NCBI GenBank assembly: GCA_044226015.1
Contig: JBGAHS010000004.1
Span: 160,001 to 224,000, forward strand
Origin: Candidatus Obscuribacteraceae bacterium
GTDB lineage: Bacteria; Cyanobacteriota; Vampirovibrionia; Obscuribacterales; Obscuribacteraceae
Reading direction: 5' to 3'
Length of the DNA stretch: 64,000 bases
Below are positions 47,645 through 60,100 of the stretch, one piece after another. Position numbers and translations under genes: made by a program. The notes under the pieces are model-generated. The model did not search any database. It saw nothing but the letters and a program-made list of their open reading frames with translations, and was not told the DNA's origin. Every line of letters starts with the position of its first letter. Within the stretch, counting starts at the first letter, position 1.

Positions 47645-49837
47645 TTGCAGTCCATCTGGAGGCACCTATTCGTGGTCCCACGTAAGAAGAAGGGCGCTAC
47701 TCTCGCCCTCGTTATTTCCCTGATGTTCGTGTTCCTGTTTATAGGAGCAGCCTTTTTCGTTTGGCAGCTGTTAATCGGCGGCGGAAAGGAATTGCAGCAT
47801 GCGACTGACTCAGGCAACTTGAACGTAGCTAAGCAATCTCTCAAAACACCAAGCTATGTGATTCCCGCTGGGCCCGACCCTACAACTGGGACGGACCTCA
47901 GAGCGGAGTTCAAGGATGTTGTCGACCCTGGATTCAAGGTCAATCTCCTTAACTTCAATAGATTGGTGGGGAAAGCAATCCTGGCGCAACTTAATGCCAA
48001 ATCTGAAGGCACGGCTGCCGCTAAGGAAAATGCCCGCCAGCTCACTGATGCTGTGTACAAAATCGGGCAACAATTGCAATCACAACTGGCAAGTTCATCA
48101 TCTCTGAAATCTCAATTCGAAGATGTTTCGAACAAAAACAGTGTTCGAATGTTGCAACATCCTGACACGGCCGGCCAGGCTGGGGTATCACACACTGATG
48201 CAGAATACGCCTTATCGTATGTTGCTCGTGGTAAAGCCAGCAATCTCTACATCGATAGAGCCGAGCTCCCTCCCGGTGCGCAGTTCAGTAACAGCGATAT
48301 CGTGAAAAAAGATGTTGGCGGCGATAAAGAGTTTCTCGTTGGATACTCTGAGCTATCGACTTCGAAGAACCTGAGCGGCATGCCACAGACTTGGACAGTG
48401 CCACTGCGCCCTGGCGAACAGCCGCACTTGATTGGTGTAGATGATTTTGCAAACGGTACAGAACCACCGTTCAATCCCTACACATTACCAAATGCATTCA
48501 AATCAGGTGGAGAAACCAACTTCATTCGCGCCTCAGCTGACGTCAAATTGCGGTCATGCGCGGTAGTCGGTGTTCTGGATAAAACCTTCCCGCTGCTTTC
48601 TTCTGGCGGAACCATCATTGTTGATAATGCTGGAGCATACATAGATTCTGACACCATTAACGATAGTGGTTCATCCATCTACGCTGACAAGGACAAGATG
48701 ATGGAACCTGCTGGGGTGGAGATCTTTAAGGTTCGAGCCAATAATGGAACTTTCTCGGATGGTAAGCAAGAACATGAATTCATGCTGCATTCTTCTGGAA
48801 ATCAATATCCATCATTGAGCATAACTCCTCAGTCTACGCAGACTGCAGGCATTGAAAGCTCCCCAACTTTGGGGAATCCAGAAAATGAGGTAAAGACCTA
48901 TCCTGGTAACGACTCACCTTCAAGTGAAGATTACTGGGCAATGAAGATGCGTGATCAGCCACGCTACGTATCACAATGGCCAGATCGTCGCCGGATAATG
49001 GGTGTTGATGGTCGCACTGACTATGGCGCCACTGTAGGTGGACCCACATCCTCATTTGTTCATGTCGCTTACTGCAACAACTTGAGCTTCTCCGGAGGCG
49101 GTGGTGCAGCTAACCCATCAGAGTGCGGCAATACTCCTGTTTTTGCTGCATATTTCCGGGGCGACATTGGAGTGCCTTCCGGTGGAACGGGTAGCACTAC
49201 CTACACAGATTTGATGCCGCTTGAGCAATACATTTTGAAAATTCAAGGTGGATTCGGAGCCGGTGCAGGATGTGTGTTTGTACCTGCAATGGGACCAATT
49301 GGTGGCTGTGCAAATGGCACTGTTGGTTCGCCTATGAAGCACATAACTGGTTCACCGCCGTTCCCAATCGGCACACTTCAAGACTTGATGAACGACACGG
49401 GTGCTGGCGCAGTCAAGAGCGACATGCTTGCGAGAATCAGGCAGATTGTGCCGAATTCCGATGCGGATTCTATATTCAGCAAGCCCATTCCGTTCAATTC
49501 GATTATGTACATATACAACAAAGAAGGCAGTCTTGTTATGGATACAAACAAGCCGTCGTCTTTGCAATACGATTACAATCGCAACCAGCCGAATCGCCCA
49601 GTTATCACACCGCCTATGAACATTCCAGATGGCACAAGACAAGACTCTAGCCATCCGATTCAAGTAAGCGGAACCTGGGTTAGTGGCAGCATGTGGGAAT
49701 GTGGAAGCGGCCGCGCCGATGGACGTTCCAATTCTGTAGCATCGTGGTATCCCTCATCTGGTAAGGGAGGCTTGCTAGGAATCTTACGATTCCAGAACTG
49801 TACGGAAGCAAGCGGACCCGACTGGTGTTGTCCGTGA
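47645..49837 (+). CDS. Tad/TadG-like pilus-associated protein
   Basis: RKKKG-ATLALV prepilin-like site, TM helix, ELQHATDSGNL Tad-like motif; Cys-containing C-terminus ending WCCP. Start uncertain. Confidence 0.7.
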   Translation: MQSIWRHLFVVPRKKKGATLALVISLMFVFLFIGAAFFVWQLLIGGGKELQHATDSGNLNVAKQSLKTPSYVIPAGPDPTTGTDLRAEFKDVVDPGFKVNLLNFNRLVGKAILAQLNAKSEGTAAAKENARQLTDAVYKIGQQLQSQLASSSSLKSQFEDVSNKNSVRMLQHPDTAGQAGVSHTDAEYALSYVARGKASNLYIDRAELPPGAQFSNSDIVKKDVGGDKEFLVGYSELSTSKNLSGMPQTWTVPLRPGEQPHLIGVDDFANGTEPPFNPYTLPNAFKSGGETNFIRASADVKLRSCAVVGVLDKTFPLLSSGGTIIVDNAGAYIDSDTINDSGSSIYADKDKMMEPAGVEIFKVRANNGTFSDGKQEHEFMLHSSGNQYPSLSITPQSTQTAGIESSPTLGNPENEVKTYPGNDSPSSEDYWAMKMRDQPRYVSQWPDRRRIMGVDGRTDYGATVGGPTSSFVHVAYCNNLSFSGGGGAANPSECGNTPVFAAYFRGDIGVPSGGTGSTTYTDLMPLEQYILKIQGGFGAGAGCVFVPAMGPIGGCANGTVGSPMKHITGSPPFPIGTLQDLMNDTGAGAVKSDMLARIRQIVPNSDADSIFSKPIPFNSIMYIYNKEGSLVMDTNKPSSLQYDYNRNQPNRPVITPPMNIPDGTRQDSSHPIQVSGTWVSGSMWECGSGRADGRSNSVASWYPSSGKGGLLGILRFQNCTEASGPDWCCP

Positions 49838-49879
49838 TAATCTAAAGCAGGAGCGCCGTGAGCGATCCACAAACCTAAG

Positions 49880-49917
49880 AAAACAAAGGGCACTCAAAGC
49901 GAGTGCCCTTTGTTTTT
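49880..49917. terminator. Intrinsic terminator
   Basis: AAAACAAAGGGCACTC-aaagc-GAGTGCCCTTTGTTTT. Confidence 0.85.
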
Positions 49918-49997
49918 GTTGAGGAGGCTTTCACAGATTGGTTTTGCCTCAATAAAAAGTGGAACATATAATCTATGAATTTTCTGGAGTTAGTTTG

Positions 49998-50474
49998 ATG
50001 AAGCTGCGACTGTCGATTTTTTTGACTTTGATTAGCGTCTTTTGCTCATCTAACCTCGCTTTTGCACAACAAAATCCGCCAACGTTGAAGTCCACTACGA
50101 CCGTTGTGCGCAGGCAAAAGGCACCACCGCTGAAAACTAGAAGTGCAGGTAATTCAGAAATCAATAATTTGGAAAAGCCGCCTGAAATGCCAGGAATCAC
50201 CTTCCCTAATGCTAAATTCCTCTATGGTTTTAGCTCAGAGCTAAAAGGTAGTCGCAGTATGGGTGCACGATTTGAGGTACCAGAGCAGGGATCGTCCGTA
50301 ATTTCTTACTACAAACAAAATTTGGCAAATACTGGATGGAAAGTTTATCCCTCGGACAAACCAGATCAAATGTCTGCAGAGAGTACACAATACAAATCTT
50401 CGGTAACCATAACCACTTTTAGGTCATCAAAGCCCGGCTGTGAAGTGCTTTTTGGTTATGCCGTGAAGTACTAG
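49998..50474 (+). CDS. Exported hypothetical protein
   Basis: Signal peptide (AFA-QQ); VISYYKQNLANTGW motif. Confidence 0.7.
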   Translation: MKLRLSIFLTLISVFCSSNLAFAQQNPPTLKSTTTVVRRQKAPPLKTRSAGNSEINNLEKPPEMPGITFPNAKFLYGFSSELKGSRSMGARFEVPEQGSSVISYYKQNLANTGWKVYPSDKPDQMSAESTQYKSSVTITTFRSSKPGCEVLFGYAVKY

Positions 50475-50711
50475 TGCGAAATACTTACCCTCGCGAAGTG
50501 ATTACCGCACAGGTCGCTAATCAGTTGACTCAAAGGATCAAAACGGGATCAAAACAATCGGTTGAAGGATGCTCAATAAAAGATCCTCAAGAAAAGAACT
50601 CAGCTTCCGATATATGGCAGTGAGCCGTGAGTACGATTCCAGAGAGAAGTAGTGATGCTCTAATAGTCTCTAGGGATCCGTTACAGAGAAGATGGAGCCT
50701 TTACAGCGAGA

Positions 50712-51707
50712 TCAGCTGGAAGCTGAGCGTGCCTGCTCCAGGAAAAAGTCGGCTCGCGGGTTGCCTTCTTTTTTGAGTTTTTCGGCCATTTGCTCAAAAA
50801 CCTTTTTTGCTTCAGCGCCGCGCTTTTGATCGGCTAACGCATTTCCTAGTTCATGTGCTATTTCGGGGGCTAGAATTGAACTGTACTTTGCTTGACCTGG
50901 TCCTGATATTTGGAAAGCTTCCTGGAGCAAGGGAATTGCTTTAGCACTCTTTTTTCCTTTTACCAGTGCTCTTGAATAACCGAGCAAGACTTCTGGAAGC
51001 ATTCCCGGTTTGCTTCTGCGACATGCAGCAACACAATCGTCGTAAATCTTGTACGACTCTGTGAATTGCCCTTTGTGATAGAGGCAGTTTGCTAAAATGC
51101 TCTTGTCTCTGATTGTTTCTATATCGTCTTTTGGTGTGAACTTCTCACGGAGGCGTACTAGTCTCCTGAGTTTTTCTGCATCAATTTCGTCGCCACACGA
51201 CTGTGATTTACTTCGCGCGTAACTATCTAAGAGCCACATAACTGGCATGCTTTCAGCTCCGCTCGCTTTCTCTTGCAGTAGTATTGTTTTATCAATACAC
51301 TGCGAAACTATTTGTCTTTCTGGAATAGAAGAAGCAACTTTCTGAAGAAGTATCACCTGCGGAATCACGTGCACATTGTCGGGACCGTAGTGACGTTCTG
51401 CCATGGATACAGAGGTATTTGCATATTCGAGTGCTTCTTTTTTCTTGCCGCTTTTTACTAACTGAGTAATTAGCTGTTCATAAACAGGCAGCAGGTCTGT
51501 GGCGCTCGCATCTGCTGCTTTCATAGTTTTGATTTTTTGCTGATACCAGCTTGCGTCGTGCTCTTCTTCTTGCTGTCTAGCCGGCAGGCTGGCTTGTCTG
51601 GGTTCAACTGAGCTTGTAGTGCTGCTTTTAGGTGTGGTGTTTGTTTGGCATGACGTGACTATCAATAAACCTGATGCCAGCGTGAGACCTTGCAGCTTAT
51701 TAAGCAT
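50712..51707 (-). CDS. TPR-like putative lipoprotein
   Basis: Lipobox-like VTS-C; helical TPR-like repeats. Confidence 0.7.
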   Translation of the reverse strand: MLNKLQGLTLASGLLIVTSCQTNTTPKSSTTSSVEPRQASLPARQQEEEHDASWYQQKIKTMKAADASATDLLPVYEQLITQLVKSGKKKEALEYANTSVSMAERHYGPDNVHVIPQVILLQKVASSIPERQIVSQCIDKTILLQEKASGAESMPVMWLLDSYARSKSQSCGDEIDAEKLRRLVRLREKFTPKDDIETIRDKSILANCLYHKGQFTESYKIYDDCVAACRRSKPGMLPEVLLGYSRALVKGKKSAKAIPLLQEAFQISGPGQAKYSSILAPEIAHELGNALADQKRGAEAKKVFEQMAEKLKKEGNPRADFFLEQARSASS

Positions 51708-51786
51708 ATTTGGAACCTCTAAAGGGTCTTTGGTGAATTATATACTCTTATGTGCTAACTTAACACGTGATTGAGTGAGGTAGAAA

Positions 51787-53115
51787 ATGTATTGCAAAGT
51801 TCTTGATGAGATTGGCATACAAGCTAAGTGGGTGGACCTTGTCACCAAAGGACTTTTTGTTACCTTGCTCTTTTTCTCCTCTCAGAACGTATATGCTGAA
51901 AACCAGCATTCACACGGTGGTAAACCTGACGAAGTTGCAATGATACAAGCTCAGCTTGATAGCGACAGAGACGTCAAAGGCGCTATGGAAAAGTTGCAAG
52001 CATTGCTCGTGAGAGAACCCAATAACATCGAGGCGCACATGATGTTGGGAAAAATTTTCCAACTGCTCGGTTTTGAATCTATGGCAGACGAAGAGTTTAA
52101 GCGAGTTGATCAGCTTGATCCAACAAAACCAACTTCCGTTCTAAATCTGTTTCAAAATAAACTTGCCGCGCAGGGCGGCATGGCTGCATACGAGTATCTT
52201 CGTTATGTTGAAAGAAGATTTCCAAATGATCCGTCAGTTTTGCTCATGCAAGGAATGCTCGCAAGAATGCGCGGAGAATTGGCTAAAGCCGAGTTCTTTT
52301 ATGGACTAGCTCTTGATAGAAATCCTTCATCGCCTGGTATTTATACTGCAATAGCTGCCGTGAGATTGAAGCAGAGCAGATTCAGAGACGCTCTTATTCT
52401 GGCTGAAAAAGATTTGGCTTTGAAAAAAGATCACCCTGCTGCAAACCTGGCGAAGGCTCAAGCACTGATGGCGATGGGTGAGTTTGAAAGAGCGATTCCC
52501 GCTCTGAGAATTGCTTATGCGGGTGTTCAGGACAAACGTGCCGTAGCTGATTTACTTTCTAGGGCTTTAATAAGCAATAACGAATACTCAGAAGCAATCG
52601 AGCCGACTCTAGTTTGTTTGAGTTTGACTCCAATGACTGAAAGAGAAACTGTCGAGCAACTGAAGGTCAGAATTGGCATGATTCTTCGCCACGTCAAAGT
52701 GACGGAGTTGACTAATTCCTTGCAAATGGCTACCCGTTATGTCTTTAACTCAGAGTCCCTGGCGCTCTTGTACTTTGCCTGTGGAGATGTTTTGGCGAAA
52801 GCTGGTGCCGATAAAGCAGCTCAAAAAGTTTTTGGCGACGGCATTACAATGTCTCCTTATCATGGACGACCTTACTTGCGATTAGGTATTTTGCAGGAAA
52901 AAACTGGTGATTATGCCGCTGCTCTAAAAAGTTATACGAGTGCTTATCAATACAATCCTGATGACCGAGAGATTGCAGCACGGCTTGCAAGGCTAATTAA
53001 ACGGGCACCAATGCAAGAAAATGACATCGCCTGGTATCTGAAGGATTTGATTCGAAATGGTGGCAGGAAGTCAGCGATAATGAGTGGTGTGAGTACAGGT
53101 TCTGGTTCTTATTAA
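51787..53115 (+). CDS. Tetratricopeptide-repeat protein
   Basis: Several TPR motifs (EPNNIEAHMMLG, LGILQEKTGDYAAAL...YNPDD). Confidence 0.85.
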   Translation: MYCKVLDEIGIQAKWVDLVTKGLFVTLLFFSSQNVYAENQHSHGGKPDEVAMIQAQLDSDRDVKGAMEKLQALLVREPNNIEAHMMLGKIFQLLGFESMADEEFKRVDQLDPTKPTSVLNLFQNKLAAQGGMAAYEYLRYVERRFPNDPSVLLMQGMLARMRGELAKAEFFYGLALDRNPSSPGIYTAIAAVRLKQSRFRDALILAEKDLALKKDHPAANLAKAQALMAMGEFERAIPALRIAYAGVQDKRAVADLLSRALISNNEYSEAIEPTLVCLSLTPMTERETVEQLKVRIGMILRHVKVTELTNSLQMATRYVFNSESLALLYFACGDVLAKAGADKAAQKVFGDGITMSPYHGRPYLRLGILQEKTGDYAAALKSYTSAYQYNPDDREIAARLARLIKRAPMQENDIAWYLKDLIRNGGRKSAIMSGVSTGSGSY

Positions 53116-53169
53116 GCGCTTGCCCTGTTCCCAGCCCTATCCCTGGCTCCTGTACGGATGGCGCTTGAC

Positions 53170-53823
53170 TCAGCGGCGAGATACTTTGACTGCTTCTATT
53201 TCTAATGTAATTTGCGCTTCGTCCGATACCATTTTGATTCCCTTTGCGACATCTCTATTCCAAGTCATGCCGAAATCGTTTTTGTTGATTTTCGTTTTTG
53301 CTGTGATGCCGATGTATGTTTGTTTATGGCTGTCGTCATAGACAGGACCTTTTGGACCTTCGCAATCCAGGCTCACACTCTTGCTTATTCCTCTTATTTT
53401 GAGGTCTCCCTGCATTTTGAATTTCCCAGAACCCGTCGGGGTTATCTTGGTGGAGCGAAATTCCATTATGGGATATTTCTTTACGTCAAAAAAATGTTCT
53501 GAACGAAGGTGCATATCGCGAAGCTGTGAACCTGAATCAAGGCTGTCGGTGTTTATGTATGCAAGAACTTTGGCTGTGGCTAGATTCTTTCCGTCATACT
53601 CGACTGTTCCGCTGACATTGTCGAACCATCCGGTTACGGGCGACAGAGTGTCATGTGTTGCGGCAAAAATGGCTTTGCAATGAGTTTGATCGAGCGACCA
53701 GAGATTAGCTTCCGGTTTTGCAGTAACAAAGCCGATGTTTGAAAGTAAAAGTGCAGCGAATATCGTGATTGGTATAAATCCTTTCACTGAATATGGTGCT
53801 GTTCCATTTAGTCTTTTTTGCAT
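53170..53823 (-). CDS. YceI family protein
   Basis: WSLDQTH, RDMHLRSEHFFDVKKYP, GDLKIRG, INKNDFG. Confidence 0.92.
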   Translation of the reverse strand: MQKRLNGTAPYSVKGFIPITIFAALLLSNIGFVTAKPEANLWSLDQTHCKAIFAATHDTLSPVTGWFDNVSGTVEYDGKNLATAKVLAYINTDSLDSGSQLRDMHLRSEHFFDVKKYPIMEFRSTKITPTGSGKFKMQGDLKIRGISKSVSLDCEGPKGPVYDDSHKQTYIGITAKTKINKNDFGMTWNRDVAKGIKMVSDEAQITLEIEAVKVSRR

Positions 53824-54127
53824 GTCGGGTCGCCTTCATAGTTCACGTACTGAACAAATAATAGCAGTTTGCCTGCCACTTGAAATATTTGATAATGAAC
53901 CAAATTTCGTGCTTTCCTATTGGGCTGAAAGCGGTTCAAATATTTCTGCGGGAGCTGCGCTGATTTTATTGCAAGAGGGGGGAGAATCCGCTCGGAGGGG
54001 AATCATTGCACTTAGGTAGGTGCAGCAGGCCCTATCGAGTTTGAGAGGTTTTGCCCTCTAATGTACTTCTGGAGTCAATCTTGTACTATTCGCCTGTATT
54101 GTGTCGGCACCAAGCAGGAGTTGTGCT

Positions 54128-57100
54128 ATGAGGAAGATTTGTGGACCGAAGATTCGTACTGGCACAATAAGCGCAGTTTGTACTAGCTCAAACCTGGCCT
54201 TAGCAGCTACTGTATTCCTGTCTACTATATGCACATACACTCCAGCTTTCGGACAAGAATTGCCGAGCAGTCAGGGAACTCGTCCGGGCTCTCATGTCGG
54301 TGCTCCCGTAGTCCCTTCTGCCAGTGCGTTGAATCAAATTCTGCACTCCGGAATCAAAACTTTTGTAATCAATGGTGGCAACTATCAGGGCGATGTTCAG
54401 ATTCCCCGGGGAGTAACTCTGGTAAACATTGCTGACAAGAATTCTCAATCGTTGAATATTCAAGGTTCGCTCGTTGATTCTGGTCGTCTTGTCTTCAGGG
54501 GGGCCGAAGTAAGCCAGGCGAATTTGAATGCTCAGAATGTATTTGTTCGCAGTGGAGCCTCTATTGCATCTCTAGACAATCTGACGCTTAGCATCAGTGC
54601 TCTGAACAACATCGTTAATGCCGGCACCATATCTAGTGCGTCGGGGTTGAATTTGTTCGCCGGCAATTCCATTACTAATATCAGTGGAACTGGTCATACT
54701 GCCCTTATACAAGCAGGAAATGCTATAAATCTATTTGCTGGTGCCGGTGGCATAATTAACACCGGGTTGATACAAAGCCACTCAGGCGACATTAGCTTGA
54801 ATTCTGCAAGCGCGGCGCAATATGCTGTTTTGAGCCAGGCTTTGCTAAGTCAAGTTTCCAGTTATACCGAGTCTTCTCTTTTGCTTAATAACAATCATGG
54901 TGTTATTGAAGCTTTAAGCGGTGGCATTAGTGCCCAGTCAGTGCAGAACCTGAGTCTGATTGCTGGTGACTACTTATCCAATTCACTAAATTTGAAAGGC
55001 GTTGATGTTTTTGCAAACGTCTCAAAAGTTAGTGGCGTTGTGAATGCTGAAGCTTGCAATGCACATTTGTTTGCAGATTCTCCGAACTTAAGCGTTGGAA
55101 CCTGGAATGTATCCGGAGATCCAATAATTGCAAATACAGGAAATGTTCCTTTGTCGGACCAAATGACCAACGGCGCCCCGCTTGTTGTGGTTGCCGGAAA
55201 AGACATTACCTGGACAAATGGTATCACAAACAAAATTGATACCAGAGGGACTAACGGTGGCAATGTCTACCTTGTAGCAGGTGCTAAATTTACGCCATCA
55301 CCCTATCTGTCCTCTACTGTACCAATCACCATTACAGGTGCCAGCAGCACTGGAGGGAAAATTGATTTCACAGGAAGCTCATTTCAGGGTATCGTAACTG
55401 ATCCTTTAACGAGTCCGGGAAGTGCTGGAAATGTCGAAATGTCAGCATTCTCTGGCTCTGCGGCTGGTTCTGGAACGATTAAGTTCCCGCTTGCAAGCAG
55501 CATTTCCACTCTGGGAGCAGGTAGCGGTTCGTCAGGTCATATCTTTGCAGTTGCAGGTGGCTCTTTGAACACATCTGCAAATCCCAGTATTGTGTTGCCC
55601 GATTTGAATTCAGCTGGTGGCACTGGTGTGGGCTCAAGTGGACTCTCTGGCGGACACATGATAATAAGCACCACTCAACCAAATGTGTCTCCAACAAATC
55701 CAATGGTGCTTGACCCAGTTGATGGCAGAGTTTTACAGGGAGGAATTCTTGGCGGTGCTTTAGCAAACTCTGCCATTCAAATCAAATCAATCTCAACAGG
55801 AGGTGGGCAAGTTTACGTGTTATCTGGTCTTAGCACCCAGGTAAGTTCCAACATTAACACCACTGGTAATTCTGGACGGCCGGGTGGTGCAGTGAATTTG
55901 CTTGCAGGCGCAAACGGCAAAGATCCCGCTAACTCCGATCTAAATATTCTAGGTACGATCACAACTGATGGCGCTAGCGGTTTCCCCTCGGGGAAGGTGA
56001 ATCTTGTTAGTTCTGGTAATGTGAATGTCGGCGATATTGACACAAAATCCGCTGACGCAGCCGCTGGCTCTGTATTTATAGGAGCCGGTTCTGCCAACTC
56101 TTCAGGTACGATAAATTTCACTAACATCACAACGAGTGCGTCTGGTTCAGCAACTCAAAAGTCTGGCTCGGTTGTTATTATCAGTACGAGTACTTGTTCG
56201 ACCTGTCCAACGCCCGGCGTGATAACTGGAACAAGCATAGACTCCAGTAATACAAGTCTCTCTGCTGCCGCTGCACCCGTATCCATTTCGGCCACTGGCA
56301 ATATACAGCTGCAATCAGTCACTGCAAAGGGCTCCGCCAGTGGCACTGGTGGCGTAGGCGGGTCTGTTTTTCTTAGCAGCGCTGCTTCCATACTAGCTTC
56401 TTCTGGTATTGATACTAGTGCCTCTGGGGCTGGCAACCAGGCTGGTGGTATTTACTTGATAGCCAGTGGCAGCGTTAGTTCGGGCACCACTCAAACTCAA
56501 TCTGGAGCTAGCTCGCCTAATCTGGTGATAAGCCCCAACTTCGTGAGTTCCTCTCCTTCAATTCAAGGAAATGCGCTAAATGTTCAAATTACCTTCAATG
56601 GAAATACAGCGCCAGCTGCGTTCAACCCTGGTGGCTACGTCGCAATAAATGATCAACTTGGTGCAAAGAAGGGTGGTACTGTAATCACGTTAACAGTGCA
56701 AAATGACAACAACGTTCTTGTGCCAATCGTATCGCGCTCTGCTACGCCATTTACTTTGATAGGGTCTGCAACAGCGCCGAGTGGCATTTCCGCGAAGTTG
56801 TCTAACTCATCAAGTATGGTCTTTTTTGGTGCTGGGGGGCTGAACATTGGAAGCGCTAACGCCTTCCTCACATCACCGGTTACTCCCTTTCCCATAGCAG
56901 TGGTGAGTGCAAATCGGGGCAACGTGCAAATTAATAATGCTAGTCTTTTTGGGCGATCACTCAACATTGCAAATGCAGTGAGTAACTCCGGCACCATTTT
57001 CCTGAGTTCCCCTGGGCTAACTGTTGGACCTGTCGTGAGTGGCGCGACTCCAAGCAAGGGCAGCTCAATTACGCTTGATGCGCTTTCGGCTGGGACTTTG

Positions 57101-60100
57101 CTTCTGACCGATAGTATTAGTTCAGCTGCTGCTGTTACGCTCATGCCAACTGGAATAGGTAACATGCAAGAGCAGACCCCGAGTGTAATTGATGCTTCTG
57201 CATTATTTCTTGGAAATGCTAATTTGAATGGTCAACTGGGCTCTACACCCAATCCTATTTATGCTGACGTAAACCGATTGGTTGTTAACACGGACGTCGC
57301 TGTGCAAGGAAATGGCGCGTCGGTAGAGAGCGTCTCAGATATGACCGTTTCGTTTTCTGTAGGTGGGGTCTTTCAGTTGACTGGAGGAAACTCCATCATT
57401 CTGGACAATACGAAACCTAACTTTGCGGGTGGTACTGCTAGTATTGCAGTAGGAAATATTTCGGCTCTCAAAACAACTCCAGCGATTTTGAGTCCAGCGA
57501 TTTTACTAACTTCGAGCAATCCGCATGGAATTGGCACTAGTGCAATTCCGGTCAATATTGGTAATGTCGCTGGAAATACTAATCCAATTCTTTTGCAAAC
57601 AGATTCGGCGAGTGCACCCCTGTTCATAAGTAGTTCTGCGAATAACGGTGTTGAGATAACGAGTACGCCCATCAATGCCGGGTCGTTTTCATTAGCATCT
57701 GGCGGGAACATTATTTTTGATCCAGGGGCTGCGATCATTTCGTTGAGCAGTATAACTCTGAATTCGAAGGCAGGTATTTCCGTCGCTGCAAATACAGCGT
57801 CATTAAAGGCCGCTACAGCACTTAATCTTGTTGCCGGAACTGCTGGCATCGGGTTCGGTAGCTTTGGCGGTGGAACCGTTGTCGTAGAGTCTACTTCTTT
57901 GAACATTCAATCTGTTGGACCAGTAGTGCTTGCTCAAAGTGGTGCTGTCACCTTCTCTGGCGTTTCTAACGTGGGCAAGAGCACAAGTGATTCCTTCTCA
58001 TTGCTTTCATTAGGCAACAACGTCACATTTGCGACTGGTGCAAGCATCAATACACCATCTTTTCTTGCTATATCAAGTACAGGAGGTGCTATCACTCAAG
58101 CATCTGCTACTGCTATTTCAATAAACTCGAGTCAGCTCAGGCTCGATGGTCTTGTTGTTGGAGGAGCCAATCCGCTGGGCATAAAAGGTGGCAGCTTACG
58201 CTTGAACACAAGCAGTGCTGTCAATCTTCTTAGCTCAACAGGGGTAGTGTTTGCCGATATGGCTGTGACCGGTAGCTTTAACCTAGAGGTCAAATCCGGC
58301 AACATTAATGCTGATGTATCCGTTGTGCCATATGCAATTTTATCTAACGACGTGAGTTTGAAAATTGATTCGACTGGAGATATAGGCTCAGCATCAAGAC
58401 CTCTGGTTCTCGACACGGGCTCAAACAACATAGCCTTGAGTTTGCAAGCCGAAGCCAGCAAAGGCAGTGTATATATTTCTGGGGCGGCAGATCTCACAAA
58501 AGGCGCTGTTGGACTAACAGTGAAGAATTCGTCTGCCGGCTCTATGTTCTCAATCAGCACGCTTGCTCCCGTTACCTTCGATTCAACCAGCAAGTTTGCG
58601 ATAACTGCTGGCAAATCCGTTACTGTTTTTTCGAATAGCAAATTGACGCAATCTGGAACGGCTGCTGCTATTTCTAGCCCTGTGGTATCGCTTTCAAATA
58701 CTGGTACTACCAATACAATTCTTCTGAGCAACCTTGTGGGCAAAACTGCAGCTGTTGACCTCACCTTCGCCACTAAGCTAGCGCCCGCCTCTTACCAGGG
58801 CGCTTCGCTCCGTCTTGTTGGCTCTTCTGTTCTGTCTAACAGCGCCGCTGTAACCGCTAGCACCACATCTGGTGATATCTCCATTGCTGCCGGCGCGACA
58901 GTAAAGCTTACTGATGGAAGTCCAGCTACATTGTCGCTTCTGTCTAGTGGAAATATCTTTCAAGCCGCTAAAGGCACTACCCTATCGGTTCCTAACTTGA
59001 ATCTGTCCGCGTTGGGAAGCAATACCTCGATTGGAACGGCAGCCGTTAACATCGGTACGAGCAGTGGAAGACCAGCTTCTATTCTGCTGAACCCTGATGC
59101 CACTGGAAATGTTTTTATCACCAACAATGGGCAAGTGTCTCTTGTAACAACCACTACTACGGTTAAGACATTCCAGCTTTCTACGACTGGTCCAGATGCA
59201 TTGGGCGCTATTCTTGTTTCTAATAGTTTCACTGCGTCAGACATAAACTTGCATGCTGGCGGTGCTGCTGGAATTGCTATTTCAAGCCCGATTACGGCTA
59301 CAAACAACATGACGCTAAGCACGGCGGGGGTGGGGTCCATTCTAGGATTCGCTACCATATCTGCCTCGAACCTTGGTTTGTCCACTGGCTCTGGCGCTAT
59401 CGGTGGCAGCACTCCCATGCTGACTGCAGTGACTTCGTCGATTACTGCAAATGTCAGCAGTGGAGTCGCCGGGGGAGTAAATATCTCTAATACCGGAGCC
59501 AACGTTATTTTGAAAAACTCGAGCTCAGGTGGAAGTTTTACTTTCACTAATAACGGAACTTTGACAGTTAACAGTGTGACTTCGCGAGCTGCCTTCACAT
59601 CTCTGCAAGGAACCATAATTGTCAGTACTACAGGTGGTGCGTCCAATTTGAACATTGCTCCATCGGCAAAAATCTCTACCAGTTCTGGTTCAATTCTCTT
59701 CCAGAATGCTAACGCGACCGGACTCATAGATGTGGGTAAGGGCGCGAAGATTTCAACAATGTCGCCGATAGCTGGCTCTAGCGGTTCAGTTGGATTTCTT
59801 GTTGGCGCGACCTTTGGATCTCTCGTGTCGGGTCAAGTTTTGCCTGCTGGTCTGAGTCTGGGTAAAGTCACTGGCGGTGGTGTTTACTCATTGGGGCAGA
59901 CATCAGGTTCTTCCGTGAAGGTAAGTTCTCCAGGAAATGTACTTAACCTGATAGGGCAAGCTGTTCTCTTTGACACCGGTGCAGGTTCTCCGCAATTGAT
60001 CACTCTTGGGGGCGGGGTGGTTATCACAGCTGACCCTGTGGATCCATCTGCGGCTCAGGCCGCTTCTCTAACTGGAGCTGCTCTGAAAGCAACTGCTCTA

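Noticed and set aside
54970..59727. Multiple antisense ORFs (up to 255 aa) inside the giant adhesin gene
   Set aside because: Expected from codon bias in a Gly/Ser/Ala-rich gene; no motifs.
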